This document shows positions 11,301 through 20,905 of a stretch of DNA of 64,000 nucleotides, one piece after another; positions within the stretch are counted from its first letter, which is position 1; every line of letters begins with the position of its first letter. Position numbers and translations under genes: made by a program. The stretch lies in assembly GCA_964549865.1 (NCBI GenBank), contig CAZJYB010000002.1, forward strand, positions 512-64,511. Reading direction: 5' to 3'. Below the pieces are notes generated by a model. The model did no database searches. It was not told the DNA's origin and was given only the letters and a program-made list of their open reading frames with translations. The stretch comes from an uncultured Anaerolineaceae bacterium. Its GTDB lineage: Bacteria; Chloroflexota; Anaerolineae; Anaerolineales; Villigracilaceae.

Positions 11301-12397
11301 TGATCCCTCTTGTAGATCTTACTGCACAGTATCATTCCATCAAGAAGGAAATTGACGAGGCTGTGCTGTCCACATTGGAGTCGGGTCATTTTATTTTAGG
11401 ACCTGCGGTCAGTAAATTCGAGGAGAGCATCGCCTCGTATCTTGGTGTGGACTTGGCGATTGGCTTGGCATCCGGAACAGATGCCCTGGTCCTGGCATTG
11501 CGTGCACTGGATATCGGGCCGGGCGACGAGGTGATCATTCCTGCTTATACATTTTTTGCGACGGTAGGCACCGTGATGTCTGTTGGCGCAAAACCAGTGT
11601 TTGTGGATATTGACCCGCAAAGTTATCAGATCGATGTAGGGCAGATAAGGGCCGGTATCACTGTCAATACGAAGGCGATCATCCCAGTGCATCTATATGG
11701 TCATCCTTCTGAAATGAATCCCATCATGGCGATTGCGCGTGAGCACGGTTTGAAAGTGATCGAGGATAATGCACAGGGGTTTGGTGCCGAATATGATGGA
11801 AGGAAGACCGGTTCTTTTGGTGATATCGGGTGTCTTAGCTTCTTCCCCACGAAAAATCTTGGAGCTTATGGGGACGCCGGCATGGTGGTGACGAACGACC
11901 CCGCGCTTGCAGAACGGATGCGTATGTTACGCACGCATGGCTGGAAGAAAAAATATTATTCAGAGGAAGTTGGCTATAACAGCCGGCTGGATGCCCTGCA
12001 GGCCGCGATCTTGCAGGTGAAACTGCCTTACCTGGATTCGTGGAATGAAAAGCGCCGCGAGCTTGCGGATCTTTACACCGACTGTTTTTCATCTTTGGGC
12101 GTCGGTGTGCCTGTTGAGCGTACATGGGCGAAGCATGTTTATCATTTATATATCATTCGGTCTTCACGGCGCGACGAGTTACAGGCATTTTTGAAGCAGA
12201 AGAATATTGCTTCTGAAGTCTACTATCCTTTACCACCGCATCTATCTGTGCCTTGCAGGAAACTTGGTTACAAAGAGGGCGATTTTCCGCATGCTGAACG
12301 GGCTGCACGAGAGACCCTAGCTCTTCCGCTCTACCCTGAGTTGATAGAGCAGCAGCAGGAAGAGGTGATTGCCTCATTAACCAAGTTTGTGGGTTGA
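11297..12397 (+). CDS. DegT/DnrJ/EryC1 PLP-dependent sugar aminotransferase, WbpE/WlbC-like
   Basis: Motifs seen are [19 protein letters not shown] and [15 protein letters not shown] (the PLP lysine region). Its start overlaps the upstream stop. Confidence 0.85.
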   Translation: MMIPLVDLTAQYHSIKKEIDEAVLSTLESGHFILGPAVSKFEESIASYLGVDLAIGLASGTDALVLALRALDIGPGDEVIIPAYTFFATVGTVMSVGAKPVFVDIDPQSYQIDVGQIRAGITVNTKAIIPVHLYGHPSEMNPIMAIAREHGLKVIEDNAQGFGAEYDGRKTGSFGDIGCLSFFPTKNLGAYGDAGMVVTNDPALAERMRMLRTHGWKKKYYSEEVGYNSRLDALQAAILQVKLPYLDSWNEKRRELADLYTDCFSSLGVGVPVERTWAKHVYHLYIIRSSRRDELQAFLKQKNIASEVYYPLPPHLSVPCRKLGYKEGDFPHAERAARETLALPLYPELIEQQQEEVIASLTKFVG

Positions 12398-12439
12398 CAG
12401 GAAATTGCTTCCATGCGAGAATTCAGAAAATGAATTCTC
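12394..12439 (+). promoter_or_regulatory. Type-A promoter/operator module, copy 2, upstream of wzm/wzt set 1
   Basis: It has the same TTGACAG, the same 13-nt spacing and the same 26-nt TGCGAGAATTCAGAAAATGAATTCTC as 9251-9296. Confidence 0.6.
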
Positions 12440-12451
12440 GATCTTGTTGTT

Positions 12452-13324
12452 GTGAAGGATGTTATGGAAATACAATCGTCTGATCAAGAAAATTGGTCTC
12501 TCGTAATTCGCCCGCAACGCGCCTGGTGGGATTTACGTGTGGGTGAATTGTGGCGGTATCGGGACCTGATCTGGTTATTTGTATGGCGTGATTTTGTTGC
12601 TTATTACAAACAGACCATTCTCGGCCCGCTGTGGTACATCATCCAACCAGTGCTGACGACTGTTGTATTTACGATTATCTTCGGAAATATTGCCAAACTT
12701 TCCACCGATGGGTTGCCTCCCTTTTTGTTTTATATGGCCGGAAATATCGTTTGGAGTTATTTTAGCACCTGCCTAGTTACCACGTCTAATACATTCACAG
12801 CTAATGCTGGGATATTTGGAAAGGTATATTTTCCGCGCTTGAGTATGCCTGTTTCTGTGGTGATCTCCAATTTGATCTCGTTTTTCATCCGTCTTGCTAT
12901 ATTTTTGCTCTTCATAGGTTACTTTATATTGACAGGTGCAGACTTTCATCTCACTTGGTGGATTTTAAGCCTGCCACTTCTGGTGGTTATCATGGCCATG
13001 ATGGGGCTCGGGTTCGGTATGATCATTTCCTCGCTTACAACCAAATATCGTGATCTCCAGCAATTGGTGAGCTTCGGTGTTCAACTCCTGATGTATGCCA
13101 CGCCGGTGATTTATCCGCTTTCAAGTATCGAAGGTAGCTGGCGCTGGCTGATTCTGGCAAACCCGATGACTCCCATTGTGGAGGTCTTTCGCTTGGCCTT
13201 TTTTGGGGTAAGCGCGATCGACCCTGTTTCTTTGCTTTATAGCGCCATTTTTACAGTGGTTGTTTTTTTGGCAGGTGCATTGATCTTCAATCACGTTGAA
13301 ACCACCTTTATGGATACGGTTTAA
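12452..13324 (+). CDS. wzm: ABC-2 type polysaccharide exporter permease
   Basis: It has YKQTILGPLWYIIQP and six TM helices, and sits adjacent to the ATPase. The start (GTG 12452 or ATG 12464) is uncertain. Confidence 0.88.
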   Translation: MKDVMEIQSSDQENWSLVIRPQRAWWDLRVGELWRYRDLIWLFVWRDFVAYYKQTILGPLWYIIQPVLTTVVFTIIFGNIAKLSTDGLPPFLFYMAGNIVWSYFSTCLVTTSNTFTANAGIFGKVYFPRLSMPVSVVISNLISFFIRLAIFLLFIGYFILTGADFHLTWWILSLPLLVVIMAMMGLGFGMIISSLTTKYRDLQQLVSFGVQLLMYATPVIYPLSSIEGSWRWLILANPMTPIVEVFRLAFFGVSAIDPVSLLYSAIFTVVVFLAGALIFNHVETTFMDTV

Positions 13325-13328
13325 TAAG

Positions 13329-14636
13329 ATGTCGAACACGGTTATTTCAATTGAAAATGTTTCCAAAAGTTACCAACTGGGTGTGATCGGTACCGGCACT
13401 TTTTACGGTGATTTAAAACGATGGTGGGCAAAACAGCGCGGTCGGCCCGATCCTTATCAGAAAATTGGAGGAGCAGATCACGGCAGTCGTGATGGCGAAA
13501 CGATCTGGGCGCTTAAGGATGTTAATTTTCAGATTCAAGAGGGACAGGCCGTTGGCATCATAGGACGCAATGGAGCAGGTAAAAGTACCTTGCTCAAGAT
13601 CCTTTCAAGAGTAACTGCTCCTACTACAGGTGAAATAAAGGTGAATGGCAGGATCGCCAGCTTATTGGAAGTAGGTACAGGTTTTCACTCAGAACTGACA
13701 GGGCGTGAAAATATTTTTTTGAATGGTGCCATCATGGGGATGGATCGTAATGAGATTCAACGCAAACTGGATGAAATTGTGGATTTTTCAGGGGTGGAAC
13801 AGTTTATTGATACTCCAGTAAAACGCTACTCAAGTGGTATGTATGTACGCCTGGCCTTTGCTGTTGCAGCACATCTCGAGCCAGAGATCCTGATCGTGGA
13901 TGAGGTGTTGGCAGTGGGGGATTCTAACTTTCAGAGGAAGTGTTTAGGAAAAATGAGTGATGTGGCCGAAGGAGGGCGTACAGTTCTCTTTGTTAGTCAT
14001 AATATGTCGGCAATTAATCGTCTCTGTTCACGTGCGGTTTTGTTAAATGCGGGAACAGTAATGGAGGACGGTTCGGCTCTTGAAGTTACTGCCAAATATC
14101 TATCAGGCGCAGGTGAAGAGAGTGGTATACGAATTTGGAATATGGAAGATGCCCCAGGCACTGATGACCTAAGACTTATTTCTGCCAAACTTTTGGGAAC
14201 GGATGGCAAACCTGTCTCAGTTGTCGATGTCCGTGATCAGCTTACTTTACGAATTGAATACTATGTGAACAAACCAGGTTTACGATTCCGCTGTACTTTT
14301 AATATTCATACACAGGGAATTTTGGCGTTTGCTGTCATGGAATCCACCGAGGAGGCGCGTTCTAAGGCGGGCACTTACTATTCTAGTGTGGTTATCCCCC
14401 CACACTTGTTGGCAGAGAGCGAGTATATTGTCGGGGTCTCCATCTTCTCATCTTCAGGCGGCAAGACACGTTTTGTAGCATTGAGGGACGTGATTGGGTT
14501 CCAAGTTTATGACTCAATGATAGGACCATCAGCGCGTGGTGATTATGCCCAAAACTTTGCTGGTATTGTTCGCCCTCTTCTTAACTGGGAAAGTGGCATG
14601 TTGAATGCAGGCTCTCCATCTATTATTGATAATTAA
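13329..14636 (+). CDS. wzt: ABC polysaccharide exporter ATPase with a C-terminal glycan-terminus-binding-type domain
   Basis: It has Walker A (GRNGAGKST), the signature YSSGM and Walker B (ILIVDE). An extra C-terminal domain of about 170 aa is arranged as in Wzt of O8/O9a-type systems. Confidence 0.88.
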   Translation: MSNTVISIENVSKSYQLGVIGTGTFYGDLKRWWAKQRGRPDPYQKIGGADHGSRDGETIWALKDVNFQIQEGQAVGIIGRNGAGKSTLLKILSRVTAPTTGEIKVNGRIASLLEVGTGFHSELTGRENIFLNGAIMGMDRNEIQRKLDEIVDFSGVEQFIDTPVKRYSSGMYVRLAFAVAAHLEPEILIVDEVLAVGDSNFQRKCLGKMSDVAEGGRTVLFVSHNMSAINRLCSRAVLLNAGTVMEDGSALEVTAKYLSGAGEESGIRIWNMEDAPGTDDLRLISAKLLGTDGKPVSVVDVRDQLTLRIEYYVNKPGLRFRCTFNIHTQGILAFAVMESTEEARSKAGTYYSSVVIPPHLLAESEYIVGVSIFSSSGGKTRFVALRDVIGFQVYDSMIGPSARGDYAQNFAGIVRPLLNWESGMLNAGSPSIIDN

Positions 14637-14806
14637 TATAAGAATGGCGATTTTGTGAAAATTTATCCTTTACCAGACCAGAAAATGTATCTTTACTTTG
14701 TTAGGCAAGCCAGCGAGAGCTGGCAAGTAAGGCGATGCTGTAAAAAAATTACAAGCATTGTGTAATCTAAACAAGTTCAAACAGAGAAAATGAGCGAAAT
14801 AATTTG

Positions 14807-15613
14807 ATGAAAGCTTCTTTTAAAAACGAAATATGGCGCTTTCTTTTAGCCGCCAGAACTGCGATTTTCAAACTTTTTCAGATTACTCTTAGAGCAATCA
14901 GAATTGATGCTTTTATTCGCAAGCAAAACTATCATTATGTACCGGACTATTTTGGCAGGGCGGCTCATAAACAAAGGAATATAAGGCTATTACCACAATT
15001 TGGAGAACTGGCGGCTGAAGTTGTCAATACCGGAAGATCATCTCTTTACTATGACCGCTTACACACGATCTATCAGTTAATTCTTCAATTAAATGTTGCT
15101 GTTAAATCCGGGCAAAAGATCAATCTGGCTGAAGTTGGCGTATATAAGGGAGGTACCAGCTATTTTATTGCGGCCCTGGCTCACCGCTTGAAATTGAATA
15201 TAACTCATTGTTGCTTCGACACCTTTGAAGGTCATGCGGCGCAGGATATTGATCTATCTGTAGAAACCTCGCATAAGGCCCGCTATTTTAATGATACAAG
15301 CTACGAATCCGTAAGGGATTATTTAAGTCGCTTTAAAAATGTCGATGTCTATAAGGGTCGCTTTCAAGACACATGCCATTATATACAGGACACGCCAATA
15401 CATTTTGTTCATTTGGATATGGATATCTACGAGCCCACGATATTTGCCTTGAAGTTCTTTGACAAAAGGGTGGTTAACGGTGGGATGATCCTGGTGGACG
15501 ATTATGGATTTGAATCCTGTCCCGGAATCGAGAAAGCAGTTGCAGAGTTTACTTCGGTTAACTCGCAATATTTTGGAATGGCCCTTCTTACCGGTCAATA
15601 TATATTAATATAA
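14807..15613 (+). CDS. Class I SAM-dependent O-methyltransferase, TylF/MycF-like
   Basis: Motifs seen are EVGVYKGGTSYFIA, VHLDMDIYEPT and GGMILVDDY. Confidence 0.7.
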   Translation: MKASFKNEIWRFLLAARTAIFKLFQITLRAIRIDAFIRKQNYHYVPDYFGRAAHKQRNIRLLPQFGELAAEVVNTGRSSLYYDRLHTIYQLILQLNVAVKSGQKINLAEVGVYKGGTSYFIAALAHRLKLNITHCCFDTFEGHAAQDIDLSVETSHKARYFNDTSYESVRDYLSRFKNVDVYKGRFQDTCHYIQDTPIHFVHLDMDIYEPTIFALKFFDKRVVNGGMILVDDYGFESCPGIEKAVAEFTSVNSQYFGMALLTGQYILI

Positions 15614-15641
15614 TTTTAAATAAAAGACTAGGAAACAAATC

Positions 15642-16691
15642 GTGACCAGAGAACTGAAAATCAACAATTTCAACATTTCCGACACGAGTGCCTGTTTTGT
15701 GATCGCTGAGATCGGGCATAATCATCAGGGCAATGTACAAAAGGCTAGGGAATTATTCAAGGCTGCAGCCGAATGTGGCGTCAACGCGGTCAAATTGCAA
15801 AAACGCGACAATAAGGCTTTGTTCACGAAAGCTGCTTACGACAAGCCGTATGAGAATGAGAACAGTTTCGGCCCCACCTACGGTGCACATCGCGAGGCGC
15901 TCGAGTTTGGGCGTACAGAATTCATGGAATTACAAAAGTATGCCAAAGAACTTGGCCTGATCATGTTTTCCACCGCATTCGATATTTCCAGCGCCGATTT
16001 CCTTGCTGAGTTGGATATGCCTGCTTACAAGATCGCATCAGGCGATATCAAAAACACGCCGTTGCTTAAACACGTGGCCAAATTCAGCAAACCCATGATC
16101 ATCAGTACGGGCGGCGCAGATATGGTGGATGTTCAACGCGCGTACGACGTGATTATGCCCCTCAATCAACAGTTGGCGATCTTGCAGTGCACTTCCTCAT
16201 ACCCTGCAGAGCACAAAGATCTAAACCTGCGGGTCATTGAGACCTTTCGCAGGCAATTCAAGGATACGGTTATCGGTCTTTCCGATCACGAGAATGGTAT
16301 TGCTATGGCGGTGGCAGCATATGTCTTGGGTGCGCGTATCATTGAACAACACTTTACGATCAATCATACATGGAAGGGTACGGACCAGGTTTTTTCGCTT
16401 GAACCGATTGGCATGAAAAAACTTGTGCGTGATCTTCGCCACCTTCATGATGCGCTGGGCGATGGCGTCAAGAAGGTATATCCCAATGAAGTAGCGCCGA
16501 TCACAAAAATGAGCAAAAAACTGGTTGCAGCTGGCAGCTTACCGGCAGGCCATAAATTGACCGCCGGCGACCTGGCCGTTAAATCTCCCGGCGATGGTCT
16601 GCATCCTTATGAAATTGATAATGTCATCGGCAAGAGTCTTAAACGAGCACTGATTGAAGACGACGACATCAAGTTCGAGGATCTTGCATGA
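15642..16691 (+). CDS. Ulosonic acid synthase of the NANS type (Neu5Ac-9-P / KDN-9-P synthase-like) with a C-terminal SAF domain
   Basis: It has IAEIGHNHQG. KALFTKAAYDKPYENENSFGPTYGAHREALEF aligns with the NANS-specific segment (..ERPYTSKHSWGKTYGEHKRHLEF). LQCTSSYPAEHKDLNLRVI and HTWKGTDQVFSLEP are also present. Confidence 0.8.
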   Translation: MTRELKINNFNISDTSACFVIAEIGHNHQGNVQKARELFKAAAECGVNAVKLQKRDNKALFTKAAYDKPYENENSFGPTYGAHREALEFGRTEFMELQKYAKELGLIMFSTAFDISSADFLAELDMPAYKIASGDIKNTPLLKHVAKFSKPMIISTGGADMVDVQRAYDVIMPLNQQLAILQCTSSYPAEHKDLNLRVIETFRRQFKDTVIGLSDHENGIAMAVAAYVLGARIIEQHFTINHTWKGTDQVFSLEPIGMKKLVRDLRHLHDALGDGVKKVYPNEVAPITKMSKKLVAAGSLPAGHKLTAGDLAVKSPGDGLHPYEIDNVIGKSLKRALIEDDDIKFEDLA

Positions 16692-18148
16692 TCCCGCAAC
16701 AGATACCAAATTGGATTGCCGGCGAAGAACGTCTCGCGTTATCCAATGAATGGTTTGACAAGCTTAACCCGGCAGATGGAAAACTTCTGACGAAAGCGGC
16801 CCGTTCGCGCGTAGCGGATATCAATGCTTCCGTTGAAACAGCCAAACGTGCATTTCCAGCATGGTCTGAGACGCCTGGGGTGCAGCGAGGACTTATATTG
16901 CACAAGCTTGTTGTAGGGATGCAAAACCATCAGGATGAGATCGCGCATATTGTGGCCGCGGAAACTGGAAAATCCCATAAAGACGCGTTGGGTGAAACTG
17001 GGGCGGCCATTCAGTGTGGTTTATTCTATGCCAGCGAAGGGCAGCGTTTATACGGTCATACCATGACATCCGGTACCGCAAATAAATATGCCATGACGAT
17101 CCGCCAGCCAATCGGGATTGCCGGTCTGATCATTGCCGCGAACACCCCCATCGCGAATGTGGCCTGGAAGGTCTTTCCTGCGCTTGTGTGTGGCAATACT
17201 GCGATATTGAAAGCTTCTGAAGATACGCCTGCCACTGCGTGGATTGTGGGAAAGATTGCCAGGGAAGTCGGTTTGCCCGATGGCGTTTTGAACATTGTGC
17301 ATGGCTTCGGCGAAGAGGCTGGGGCGCCTTTGGTTGGGCATCCGGCGGTAGGGGTTCTTTCATTCACGGGTTCTACAGGGGTGGGACGCATCATCCAGCG
17401 CACTGCGGGCGAAAGGTTTGCACGCGTTTCACTGGAACTTGGTGGTAAGAACGCCTTTGTGGTCTGTGATGATGCCGATCTTGAGAATGCGGCAAAGTGG
17501 GTTTTACTTTCTGCGTTCAGCAATGCCGGCCAGCGTTGTGCCTCTGCCAGCCGTATCATTGTCTTTGATACGGTATATGATAAATTTCGCGATATGCTTG
17601 TGGAAAAGACAGGAAAACTTCGCCTGGGTACTGCAGATGAAGATGACTTCGGACCTGTGATCAACGAAGATCAACTTAACGGCATGGTTTCCGTTTTGGA
17701 GCGCACCCGTAAAAGCGGGGCAAATATTCTTGCTGGTGGAGAGCGTTTGATGGATGCCCTGCATCGCAACGGCTATTACATGGCTCCGACCCTGATGGAT
17801 GGTGTTCAGCCGCATGATGAGATTTCGGAATGTGAACTGTTTGGTCCGGTTGCGATCTTATATCGTGTGAAGGACTTTGAAGAAGCGCTTGCTCTTGCAA
17901 ATGATTCGCCGTATGGGTTGACTGCCAGCATACATACACGCAGTTTACACCGCGCCATGCGGTTTGTGGATAAGGTCCAAACTGGAGTCGCTGTTGTAAA
18001 CGCCGGCACACACGGTTCCGAACCGCATATGCCATTTGGCGGGCGTAAACAATCGGGCAATGGCTCTCGCGAGCCCGGTACAGAGGCGTTAAACATTTAT
18101 TCCGAGTTGAAGGATGTTTACGTCAACATTGACCCCTCCCAGCTATGA
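16688..18148 (+). CDS. NAD(P)-dependent aldehyde dehydrogenase
   Basis: It has the ELGGKNAFVV and NAGQRCASASR catalytic motifs. An ATGA overlap joins it to the upstream gene. Confidence 0.85.
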   Translation: MIPQQIPNWIAGEERLALSNEWFDKLNPADGKLLTKAARSRVADINASVETAKRAFPAWSETPGVQRGLILHKLVVGMQNHQDEIAHIVAAETGKSHKDALGETGAAIQCGLFYASEGQRLYGHTMTSGTANKYAMTIRQPIGIAGLIIAANTPIANVAWKVFPALVCGNTAILKASEDTPATAWIVGKIAREVGLPDGVLNIVHGFGEEAGAPLVGHPAVGVLSFTGSTGVGRIIQRTAGERFARVSLELGGKNAFVVCDDADLENAAKWVLLSAFSNAGQRCASASRIIVFDTVYDKFRDMLVEKTGKLRLGTADEDDFGPVINEDQLNGMVSVLERTRKSGANILAGGERLMDALHRNGYYMAPTLMDGVQPHDEISECELFGPVAILYRVKDFEEALALANDSPYGLTASIHTRSLHRAMRFVDKVQTGVAVVNAGTHGSEPHMPFGGRKQSGNGSREPGTEALNIYSELKDVYVNIDPSQL

Positions 18149-18894
18149 ACAGTAAATCGCCTTCCATAGTTGCTTTAATACCGGCTCGTTCAGGCTCCAA
18201 ACGCGTGGTGGACAAGAATATTCGTCCGCTGGCTGGGCATCCTGCAATCGCTTACACCATCTCGGCAGCCGTGCAGAGCAATATATTTTCTGCAGTGATC
18301 GTCTCCACAGACTCTGAAGAATATGCAAAAGTATCGCGCGAATATGGAGCAGAAGTGCCCTTCCTGCGGCCCGATGGAATGGCGGGTGATATTTCGCCTG
18401 ATATTGAATGGCTCGATTTCACGCTGACCAAACTCAGGGAAATGGGACGCGAATATGAGTGCTTTGCCCTGCTACGCCCCACCAGCCCATTTCGTTTGCC
18501 TGAGACCATTCAACGGGCGTGGAAGGCATTTCTTGCAGAAGACGGTGTCGACTCGCTGAGGGCTGTGGAAAAATGTCATGAGCATCCCGGCAAAATGTGG
18601 GTCTTGCGCGGCAATCGCATGACACCGTTGCTGCCCTTTTCCGGAGATCACGCCTGGCACAGTACGCCCTATCAGGCATTGCCCGAGATCTATATACAAA
18701 ATGCAAGCCTTGAAATCGCATGGTCGCGCGTTGTGCTGGATGATCACACAATTGCCGGAAATGTCATCATGCCATTCCTTACCAGGGATTATGAGGGTTT
18801 TGACCTGAATCATCCGTATGATTGGAATTTGGCTGAAGAGTTTGTAAAGGCCGGCCAGGCCAGGTTGCCAGAGATCGGCATGAAAGATAAATAG
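18145..18894 (+). CDS. Acylneuraminate/ulosonate cytidylyltransferase (CMP-sugar synthetase family)
   Basis: It has the N-terminal motif ALIPARSGSKRVVDKNIRPLAG, plus LRPTSPFR. An ATGA overlap joins it to the ALDH gene. Confidence 0.82.
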   Translation: MNSKSPSIVALIPARSGSKRVVDKNIRPLAGHPAIAYTISAAVQSNIFSAVIVSTDSEEYAKVSREYGAEVPFLRPDGMAGDISPDIEWLDFTLTKLREMGREYECFALLRPTSPFRLPETIQRAWKAFLAEDGVDSLRAVEKCHEHPGKMWVLRGNRMTPLLPFSGDHAWHSTPYQALPEIYIQNASLEIAWSRVVLDDHTIAGNVIMPFLTRDYEGFDLNHPYDWNLAEEFVKAGQARLPEIGMKDK

Positions 18895-18920
18895 CTTTTG
18901 TTGTTAATAAAAAGGAAACC

Positions 18921-20903
18921 ATGGTAGATATAAAGCTCATTCCATTTGAAGAATTTAAGCGAATACGTGAATCTCAAATTGACAGGTATCAGAAGCTTGC
19001 CATCATTGCAGATATGAATCGCGCCAATACCCTGGCTGAGGTCAAACGCGCGGGCTCCGGCCATCTTGGCTCATCGTTCAGCGCGATGGATCTTGTCACC
19101 TGGCTGTATCATGAGGAAATGAACGTCCTCAAAGTCGGCTTTAGCAGCCCGGACCGCGATATTTATTTCTCGTCCAAGGGTCATGATGTCCCGGGCCTGT
19201 ATGCCACCATGTATTCTCTGGGTGTATTATCGGAGGAGAAACTTCTCAAATTACGCCGGCTGGGCGGCCTCGACGGTCATCCCGATCTTAACATTCCCGG
19301 TATAGAGGCAAATTCCGGTTCGTTGGGAATGGGCATCTCAAAAGGGCGCGGCATGGCCTGGGCCAAGAAACACTTTGGGCATGATGGGCAGGTATATGTC
19401 CTGACCGGAGACGGGGAGTGGCAGGAGGGCCAGAACTACGAAGCGCTTCACTCCACAGTTCAGCAAAAGATCGATAATCTGACTGTCATTGTGGATGACA
19501 ACAAGGTGCAATCCGACAAGCTGGTGAATGAGATAACGAGTCTTGGCGACATCGAAACCAAATATCGTGCCTTTGGCTGGCATGTTATTCGTGTCGACGG
19601 GCATGACTATCGACAAATTGAAAAGGCGTTTGCCGAAGCGCGCCACATTAGAGGGAAGCCGAAGATCATACTTGCAGATACGATCAAGGGGCGCGGGATA
19701 TCTTTCATGGAACACCCTGTTGCACTTGAAACAGGCCACGGGCTTTATCCATGGCATTCCGGCGCACCGGACGACGCGTCGTTTGACGCAGGCTATAACG
19801 AGCTGATCGAACGGGTTGATCGCCTCCTGTTAAGCTTTGGCCTGACGCGCTTGCAATTTAAAGACGTTGCGCCCGAGGAACATCGTCCAAGCGCGGCTGT
19901 GTTGGCCGGTGAACCGCTTAGTCAGGCCGCACAGGAAAAGATCTCTGCAAAGGTAACAGATGAATATGTTGCGCGCGCATATGGGCAGGCCCTTGTAGAG
20001 ATTGCCGCCCGGCGAAAGGATATTGTGGTGTTGGATGCCGATCTTTCTTCGGATTGTAAAGTGCGCGATTTTGAAAATGCCTACCCTGAGCGATTTATCG
20101 AAAATGGTATTGCCGAGCAGGATATGGTTTCAATGGCTGGAGGGCTGGCGAGCCAGGGTTTATTGCCTGTGGTGAATTCCTTTGCCAGTTTCCTAGCCTC
20201 ACGTGCCAATGAGCAGATCTATAACAACGCCAGTGAGAAGACAAAGATCATCTACGCTTTGCATTATGCCGGGTTGATCCCGGCCGGGCCGGGCAAATCC
20301 CACCAATCCCTGCGCGATATTTCACTCTTTGCGGCCCTGCCGAATTGCACGATCCTGCAGCCTTGCAATGCCGATGAAACCAAAATGGTCGTGGAATATG
20401 GTGTGGAAGAAGCGAAAGAAAATGTGGCGATGCGATTTATCATTGGTCCTTCCCCGCGCAAGATCCAATTGCCAAAAGGCTATAAGCTCACATTTGGCAA
20501 AGGTGTGGCTCTTGCCGAGGGCCGCGATGCGATCATGTTTGCGTACGGGCCGGTGATGCTGCACGAGGCTTTGCTTGCAAACGAACTATTGGCCGAACGA
20601 GGCCTTGGCCTGAAAGTTATCAATCTCCCCTGGCTCAATCGTGTGGATGCCACATGGCTCGAAGAGATGATTGATCCGTATGAACTGGTCTTTGTCTTGG
20701 AGGATCATCATCCTGCCGGCGCGTTAACAGACCACATACTTGAATTACTGGCTTCTGGCAATAATCAACTGCTGGCCAAACGGCGCCTGGTCCGTTTCGC
20801 GGTGGAAGGCTGGCCGGCTTGTGGCACGCCTGCGCAAGCCCTGGCCCATCACCAACTGGATGCAGTATCCCTGGCAAAAAGGGTCATGAAATATTGTGAT
20901 TAG
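18921..20903 (+). CDS. Transketolase, single-chain (N- and C-terminal halves fused)
   Basis: Motifs seen are GHLGSSFSAMDL, the ThDP motif GDGEWQEGQNYEAL, the pyrimidine-binding half (IAEQDMVSMAGGLA) and a C-terminal domain. Confidence 0.85.
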   Translation: MVDIKLIPFEEFKRIRESQIDRYQKLAIIADMNRANTLAEVKRAGSGHLGSSFSAMDLVTWLYHEEMNVLKVGFSSPDRDIYFSSKGHDVPGLYATMYSLGVLSEEKLLKLRRLGGLDGHPDLNIPGIEANSGSLGMGISKGRGMAWAKKHFGHDGQVYVLTGDGEWQEGQNYEALHSTVQQKIDNLTVIVDDNKVQSDKLVNEITSLGDIETKYRAFGWHVIRVDGHDYRQIEKAFAEARHIRGKPKIILADTIKGRGISFMEHPVALETGHGLYPWHSGAPDDASFDAGYNELIERVDRLLLSFGLTRLQFKDVAPEEHRPSAAVLAGEPLSQAAQEKISAKVTDEYVARAYGQALVEIAARRKDIVVLDADLSSDCKVRDFENAYPERFIENGIAEQDMVSMAGGLASQGLLPVVNSFASFLASRANEQIYNNASEKTKIIYALHYAGLIPAGPGKSHQSLRDISLFAALPNCTILQPCNADETKMVVEYGVEEAKENVAMRFIIGPSPRKIQLPKGYKLTFGKGVALAEGRDAIMFAYGPVMLHEALLANELLAERGLGLKVINLPWLNRVDATWLEEMIDPYELVFVLEDHHPAGALTDHILELLASGNNQLLAKRRLVRFAVEGWPACGTPAQALAHHQLDAVSLAKRVMKYCD

Positions 20904-20905
20904 AT

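Noticed and set aside
17056-17664. A 202-aa minus-strand ORF and several other 70-120-aa ORFs overlapping the ALDH gene.
   Set aside because: They lie antisense to or out of frame with a strongly motif-supported ALDH CDS. Their Pro/Arg/Ser-rich, low-complexity translations are typical of shadow ORFs.
15642-18894. A canonical sialic acid (Neu5Ac) neuB/neuA locus.
   Set aside because: I recognised no neuC, neuD, ManNAc kinase or phosphatase. The synthase looks NANS-type, and the neighbours are an ALDH and a transketolase. Calling it neuBAC would over-interpret the data, so I left the gene symbols empty.
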